A stretch of 56,583 bases of DNA, counting the filler, from Sphacelaria rigidula (taxonomy: Eukaryota), in the NCBI GenBank assembly GCA_964200075.2. It is 3 parts of 3 records of this genome, joined end to end, with 100 filler letters (N's around TTAATTAATTAA, not from the genome) between each part and the next. Parts side by side here need not be neighbours in the genome. Positions count along the whole stretch, not along the records: positions 37,790 to 56,583 come from CAXNAA020000792.1; 2 more parts are not named here. The stretch is one strand, 5' to 3'. The position numbers and the translations under genes were made by a program. This document shows, piece after piece, positions 50,824-56,583 of this stretch; within the stretch, counting starts at the first letter, position 1; every line of letters begins with the position of its first letter. A model generated the notes under the pieces. That model was given only the letters and a program-made list of their open reading frames with translations, searched no databases and was not told where the DNA came from.

Positions 50824-52454
50824 CTGCCGCGTACAACCACGAAGATGACCAAACCAAACCCAGACCCGAACCCAAAAAAGAAATGCAGCAAGAGGGAGAG
50901 AAAAAGCAGAGCATGAATAAATCGCAACGGCAAGCAAAGTAGACGGGAGGAGAGCTCCCTACTGTCTACTGTCATGGTAGGGGGGGAAGGAACAGAGAAG
51001 GAACAGAAAAGGAGAAGGAAAACAAGAAGCGTAGAAAGTACTCATCTGAAGACCAAGCAATACGTTGTGTTGGTGCCTCTATATTTTTTACTCGTGCACT
51101 TCATCTCACCAACAACAACACCCCCTGGTCACTTCTGAATGCTTGTCCAACAACACTTCCCTATTTCGGCAGCTTTTCACAGATCGGGCATGGCATGAGC
51201 TACGTTGAGTAACTATAATAATCGAAGAGGATTATCAGACCCGTTGTCCGGAATCACAAAATACTTGACAGCAGGGTCCGAGAAGTCAAAGCGCGATGTT
51301 CGCGCTACTCCGCATGCTCGGGTTCCAGCGCTGTAAGGAGCAAACATGGAAAAAGGGGGCCAAATGAGCTATTAATAGTTCATGACCTGTCCGACGTGTG
51401 CACCTTTAATTTATTGCGTATGATCAACTGGTAGTGAAGTTCTCTGATCCCGAACCCCAATGTGCTTTTGCTGATGTGAACACAAATAATAACGCCTTAT
51501 ACAGAACCAAATCTCTGTGAACGGGGTCGGCGATCTTAGAGAGAATATTGATTGATTGACTGATTGATTGATTGATTGTCGCACTTCAACTGACCCCCCA
51601 GGGGGTCCAGCCGTGGTCTTATGATAGACGTACCCAAGAAAAACAAAACCGAAACACTCGCTGAAGCAAGAGAAGGAACAGAAAAAAAAAAAAATCGAAC
51701 AGAACGACATAGTAGACTAAGATGTGAAAAAAAAATGTACTCCGTACATGAGAAGGGAAAAAAAGTCAACAAAAGCAAAGCACGGAAAGAAATGGCCGTA
51801 TATAATATAGAGGTGACTAATCGAAACATGGCTGCCTGCGCAGACAAGATTGTATCCGCCTTCACCGAGCCCGAGCTCATGCGAACACGATTCGTTGCTC
51901 GTGTCTTCATCCACCTGCAGCTGGTGTTATCAACAACAGCGTTCCTTGATGACGCCGCGCTACATCATACGTGACCACACCTCATGTTTTCCACCGACAT
52001 TCGCACGTGGCTTCATAGATTTGAACTGGAGCTGATGCTTTTGAGCATTTCGCCCGTAGCTTCTTTTTTTTCGCATACAGCAAATGCCCCACACCCTGGA
52101 CAATAGCAATAAATTACCTTAAGCAAAAAAGATACTGCGTACGGAATAGAATATTTTTGTCCATTACCAATTTCGACTGAACAACGGTCGACAAGGGAAG
52201 AGACTGCTGAACCCCTCTCGCGATAAAAAATAAAGGCAAGCACCGCAGAAGGAAGGTGAAGTACTAAAAAGAAATAATACTCCTGTGTTGAACTTCCTCC
52301 TGTGTGACCCCGGCTGGTGCGTCCATGAATACCGAAAGGTGTAGACCGGCGTCCAGAATAGATGGAACGACAACACACACATTGTAATAAACAATAGATG
52401 CGATACATTCCATGCAGTACATTTTTTGCCTGTGCGATATGAAATCATATTCCA

Positions 52455-52786
52455 GCGCACCCTGGTGATGTAATGGTCCGACTGTTGCCGTTAGGGTGGA
52501 GAGAACGAGGGTTTGATTCCCGATGCGTTGGGTTTTTTCTTCGTAGTATATGATTTCATCGTGGAAAGCGCGAGAATGTGAGTAAACAAAAGTAGTCGCC
52601 TGAGTTTGTTTGACGTGAGTTGACGCGGTGCCGGGAGTGTTGGTCATGATCCAATCCGCGAGACCAAAATGCAAGGCGTGTACCGGGGGAGAGATGGGAA
52701 GGTCCCTTGAGACCACGGACTTGTCCCGAGGAAGGGGAGGGGTTCAAAGTGCGACAACTAAAACAATAAAATAAAATAAAATAAAT
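52455..52786 (+). mobile_element. tRNA-derived SINE-like element, full length
   Basis: Colinear with 49980-50320; tail aataaaataaaataaaataa. Confidence 0.75.
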
Positions 52787-52852
52787 GGATATGAGATGTT
52801 CAAATATTTCACCAACTTCCGTCTACGACTGTCGATATCCCCGACAGACTAC

Positions 52853-53047
52853 CTGCAGTTGATGATGAGGAAGTCGAGATCCCTTCCCGTGATGCCCGCC
52901 TTTTTCAGCACACTCTCCACCACATCAAATATCACGATCTCCGCTTCCGTTCGTGCCGCTTCCACGGACCGATCTGCGGGGGTATCGGGGTTCTCCAGGC
53001 ACTTGATAATGCCTGGAGGCCATGCCGTCGCCTGACCTGTACCAGAC
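52853..53047 (-). CDS. KCS: KCS exon (3rd seen)
   Basis: SGTGQATAWPPGIIKC...AARTEAEIVIFDVVESVLKKAGITGRDLDFLIINCS; 195 nt, phase 2 to 2. Confidence 0.95.
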
Positions 53048-53570
53048 CTGTATGACGAAAGAGAGAGAGGAAGGAAGATGAAGTAAGATGGTCAAACGGA
53101 AAAAAAAAGGTATTCACCCTTAGCAATGACATGGAATTTAACTTCATAGGCCACAACCTCACATACATGATGAGCGATTGGTTTTAAATAGGTTGGACAG
53201 AAGGATCGACTATTTCTCAGGCACAGTAATTCAGAACGACGGAGAGCATTTGGGAAGGAGAGGGGGGGGGGGGGGGGGGGGCCTCTTTTGTTGTTTGCCT
53301 TAGTCAGAAGGAGAGGGGAGGGGGAGACTATTGTTGTCACCACTGGACGTGCGTAGTATAGCAGCACTGAGCCCGCCTTGCGTGTTGCTGAATCTCCAAA
53401 ATCACCTTCATAACGCACGATCATCGTGTGCGATTATTCTTGAATGACCCCAACCTTACAACCCTAACCCTAACCCCAACCTGCGCTTCTCGCCCAAACC
53501 TTGACTTTACCTGCCGCTAACCCTAACGATGCCCCGAGCACGGAAAACACATCTGTGTACAGGAACTCAC

Positions 53571-53659
53571 TTTGCCAGAATTTTCTCCATGAAGGCAACG
53601 GACTCCGGCGTGAAGCAACCCTGGCGACGCATTATCTCCGCCAGTTGATCGTGGGTCAC
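53571..53659 (-). CDS. KCS: KCS exon (2nd seen)
   Basis: VTHDQLAEIMRRQGCFTPESVAFMEKILA(K); 89 nt; tag/GTGAG. Confidence 0.93.
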
Positions 53660-54039
53660 CTACGTGGGCGTGAAACAACCGGCACGGCAAGGGTCAGCGG
53701 CACACAGCACGTACCGCACACGACATCTCCGCCACCACAACACCTGCTCTCTCTCCCCCCCCCCCAAAAAAAAAAAAATGAGTGCACCTTCCAAATGCTT
53801 GAGGTGTCCCTTGAGAGTAGGGACGGTGCTCCATCTAGAAAGGGATGCATGGCGAGCGGTCACATGAAGAAGACAACCAACAAATGAGTACGCCACCCCT
53901 CCACCCCCCTCCCCCCCTGAAAAAAAAAAGTGAGTCGACATCCTGGCAATTGCATGTTGGAAGAGAGCATTATGGCACCTCCCGGCGCGGCCAAGCTTTC
54001 TACACAGCAGCTAAAGAAGTAGCTGGCTTCCGTTACGTT

Positions 54040-54175
54040 TGACGAGAGTTGACGCGGTGCGGGAGGCAGTGCTGACGCAATCCGCGAGACCAAAGTGTGA
54101 GGGGTGTACCGGGGGAAAGAAATGAGCTGATCCCTCTAGACGACGGACTCGTCTCGAGAAATGGGAGGGGTTGAT
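54040..54175 (+). mobile_element. SINE body fragment (also ~55295-55430, +)
   Basis: gacgagagttgacgcggtgcggga...caatccgcgaga...taccggggga matches the SINE body. Confidence 0.7.
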
Positions 54176-54241
54176 ATTCAAGTGTAACGAAAAAGAAAAT
54201 ATATATATATGTAGTAACTGCCATGTCCGGTTGGTAAAACT

Positions 54242-54625
54242 CACACCCTGGGCAGTGCAATCTATTGCACACGTCGGACAGGTAATGAGCTACATAAAAG
54301 AGCCTATACAAGAGAACTCTCAGATCCATCGTACAAAAACACAACACAAGTTACCTTCCCGCTACACGAAGTGCTCGGCGTCCAGAGCTGTCGGGAGCTA
54401 ATACAGAAATAGTGGCCGAATGAGCTAGGTCATGATCCGCATCAGTACTCTTATGAGAAGTGATATCCAGGTAGCTTATGAGCTGTTCGACGTGTGATCC
54501 GTTATAAAAAAAGTGTACGTATTGCGTACATAATGGAATATATTGTCAACGATATTGCAATTGACACGATGCTCGATACTGTACGCAGGATACTTCTTGA
54601 CAGCGCAACCCATTGTCCAGCGCGT
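54242..54625. mobile_element. Small element with CACACCCTGG-type ends
   Basis: cacaccctgggcagtg ... ccattgtccagcgcg resembles the 38071 TIR; another such end at ~52090. Confidence 0.45.
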
Positions 54626-54914
54626 TTCGTGAAATCATTTCCGAGACTTGAGCACCTACACCATCCCTGGCAAAAACAAAACAGACCGAGCAGCCGCAAC
54701 GCCTCCTCGTGGAGACCGAGTAAGTACCTGCCGTGCAATTTTTCATCGATCGTTGAATAATGACAACTCCTATCGATTCTTGAATAATGACCACTCCTTT
54801 CGAGCATTGGATATTGACCACTCCCGCAGCCCGCCCATCATTTCGTTTCTCATCAACTCATATCTTAACTGTCGTGATTCTGAACCCACTTCTCTCTTTC
54901 TCCAATCACAATGT

Positions 54915-55210
54915 CAACTACTTCCCTTCCTCGAGAGGAGTCCGTGGTCTCCAGGGACCCTCGGTACGTACGTACATGCCTTACATTGCGGTATCGCGGA
55001 TGTGATTGGATCAGCACTCCCGCCATACCTCGTCAACTCTCGTTATAACTATATATACATACTTTTTGTGCTACTCAAGCCCTTAAGCTTTCAACGACGA
55101 AAATAAGAAGATATTTTTCATAAAAGAAAAAAGCGAAAAAAAAAACCGCCTGTCGGGATTCGAGCCCTGAGCCTTCCTTCCACCCCACGAGGTTTCAAAA
55201 TCGTACCATA
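54915..55210 (-). mobile_element. tRNA-derived SINE-like element, diverged
   Basis: SINE body 54920-55045 plus gggctcgaatcccgac B box on the minus strand at ~55152-55167. Confidence 0.65.
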
Positions 55211-56397
55211 TATTATTTCCTCCTTGTTAAAAAAACAATAATACAAGCCCCAACCTCAACCCTATATTATTCAATCGTTTTATTCGGGGGAAATGACGAG
55301 AGTTGACGCGGTGCGGGAAGCAGTGCTGAACCAATCCGCGAGAGCAAAATGTCAGGGGCGTACCGGGGGAGAGAGATGGTTTGATGATCTCTCCAAACGA
55401 CGAACTCGTCTCGAGGAAGGGGAGGGGTTTATGTCTTTCCCTTGTTCAAAAACAAAAAAGACGAACCACTAAACATATTATATACATATCATATAGTTAT
55501 ATCCCACCATTGTTGTATGATGTACCAATTCCACCGCCCATTTGTTCTTTTTAATTTAGAACACCAGGACGCGGCGGCTCACGACGACTATTTCGCCGAA
55601 ACGGCCCGATAATCAGTTGGTAACCTCAAAACCTTCTGACGGTTGGGACGTGGGTTCGGATCTCAGTTAAGTCACACGATCCAATATTTTTGTCACATCA
55701 TACCCGAAAGTGGAGGCCGACTTGGTTGCGGGTACAAGAAGTTCGACTATACGGTCGACGAGGGAGAGGGACTGCTGAACCCTTTTCGCAATAAAAAAAG
55801 GCAAGGACCGCAGGAGGAAGATGGGGTACTACAGCAAGATAAAAGAAAAAAACTCCAGCGTTGACCTTACTCCTCCTGTGTGACCCCGGCTGATGCGCCC
55901 CTGCCCCCTGCCTACCGAAACGTGTAGACTTACGTGCAGAAGAAACTGGATGATGACAATACACACCACATATACCGATCTGCGTAAGCATCGACAGGAT
56001 GACGGCCAATCGATTGATTGATTGTCGGTGGCATCTCAACTCATCTGCGACCAACCCAGCCGTGGTCACCAAAAACAGTTCAAGTGTAAAATAGTACCCA
56101 AGGTAAAAATACGCAAAAATAGAAGAAAACGTGCTGACATCAAGTAAAAAAAAGGTCAAGGATAAAAAGAAGCAAGAAGGAAGAAAACAAAAAAACAGAC
56201 GCGTATATGAAATAAAAAAGAGGGAAAGACATGAAAATAATAATTACATGAAAAATGAACAGAAAATAAACAATTTAGACAAAAAAGCAAACTGCATCAA
56301 CAGCACAAAAAGCACGAAAAAGGGAAAAAACAAGAACAAGAAAAAGCCAGTTGCATTATTCGGTTGTATCATCGTCAAGATACTGAAGATTCCTCAC

Positions 56398-56565
56398 CTT
56401 CCACTCTTCGGGGGCCTCGAACGTGGAAAAATCTATCATGTACAGTGGAGAGCCCGAGCGAGTGAACAAATATAGCACCACCAGTATCACCGCCGTCGTT
56501 TTCCATCCGAGGTCCAACACCACCTCCTTCGCCGTGCTCTTGAGCGATATTTGTTGCACCGCTTC
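56398..56565 (-). CDS. KCS: KCS exon (1st seen; upstream exons lie outside the window)
   Basis: EAVQQISLK...TAVILVVLYLFTRSGSPLYMIDFSTFEAPEEWK (TM helix plus the Y.IDF motif); cag/GTGAG; 168 nt. Confidence 0.92.
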
Positions 56566-56583
56566 CTGCGAGGGTGGGAGGGG

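Noticed and set aside
53456..53527. CCCTAA repeats as a telomere
   Set aside because: Only two to three units inside an intron.

Overview
Eukaryotic, repeat-rich nuclear DNA, most likely from a brown alga (Phaeophyceae). That assignment is inferred from the stramenopile-like G-beta, the intron-rich KCS and the repeat landscape; no search was run. The window is not one contiguous locus. Two identical 100-nt linkers (N44-TTAATTAATTAA-N44) split it into three segments of 18795, 18794 and 18794 nt. Segment 1 (1-18795): foldback MITE-like elements, a hAT transposase remnant and a ~10 kb decayed Ty3/Gypsy element (gag zinc knuckle, PR, RT, RNase H, integrase, chromodomain-like and Tudor-like C-terminus) carrying nested insertions. 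Segment 2 (18896-37689): ~11 kb of stacked TIR/foldback elements, then exon 1 of a G-protein beta gene (- strand) head-to-head with exon 1 of a probable Sulfotransfer_2 carbohydrate sulfotransferase (+ strand). Segment 3 (37790-56583): nine phase-consistent exons of a 3-ketoacyl-CoA synthase (KCS/FAE1 family, - strand), with introns full of tRNA-derived SINEs, LINE-like 3' ends, ~43-bp arrays and a long palindrome. I found no convincing new enzymatic or defence system. The best leads are in the mobile DNA: a double reader-domain integrase tail, a TIR element carrying a tRNA-like module, arrays alternating with exon-like cassettes, and a diverged palindrome with a perfect centre. All identities are estimated by eye.
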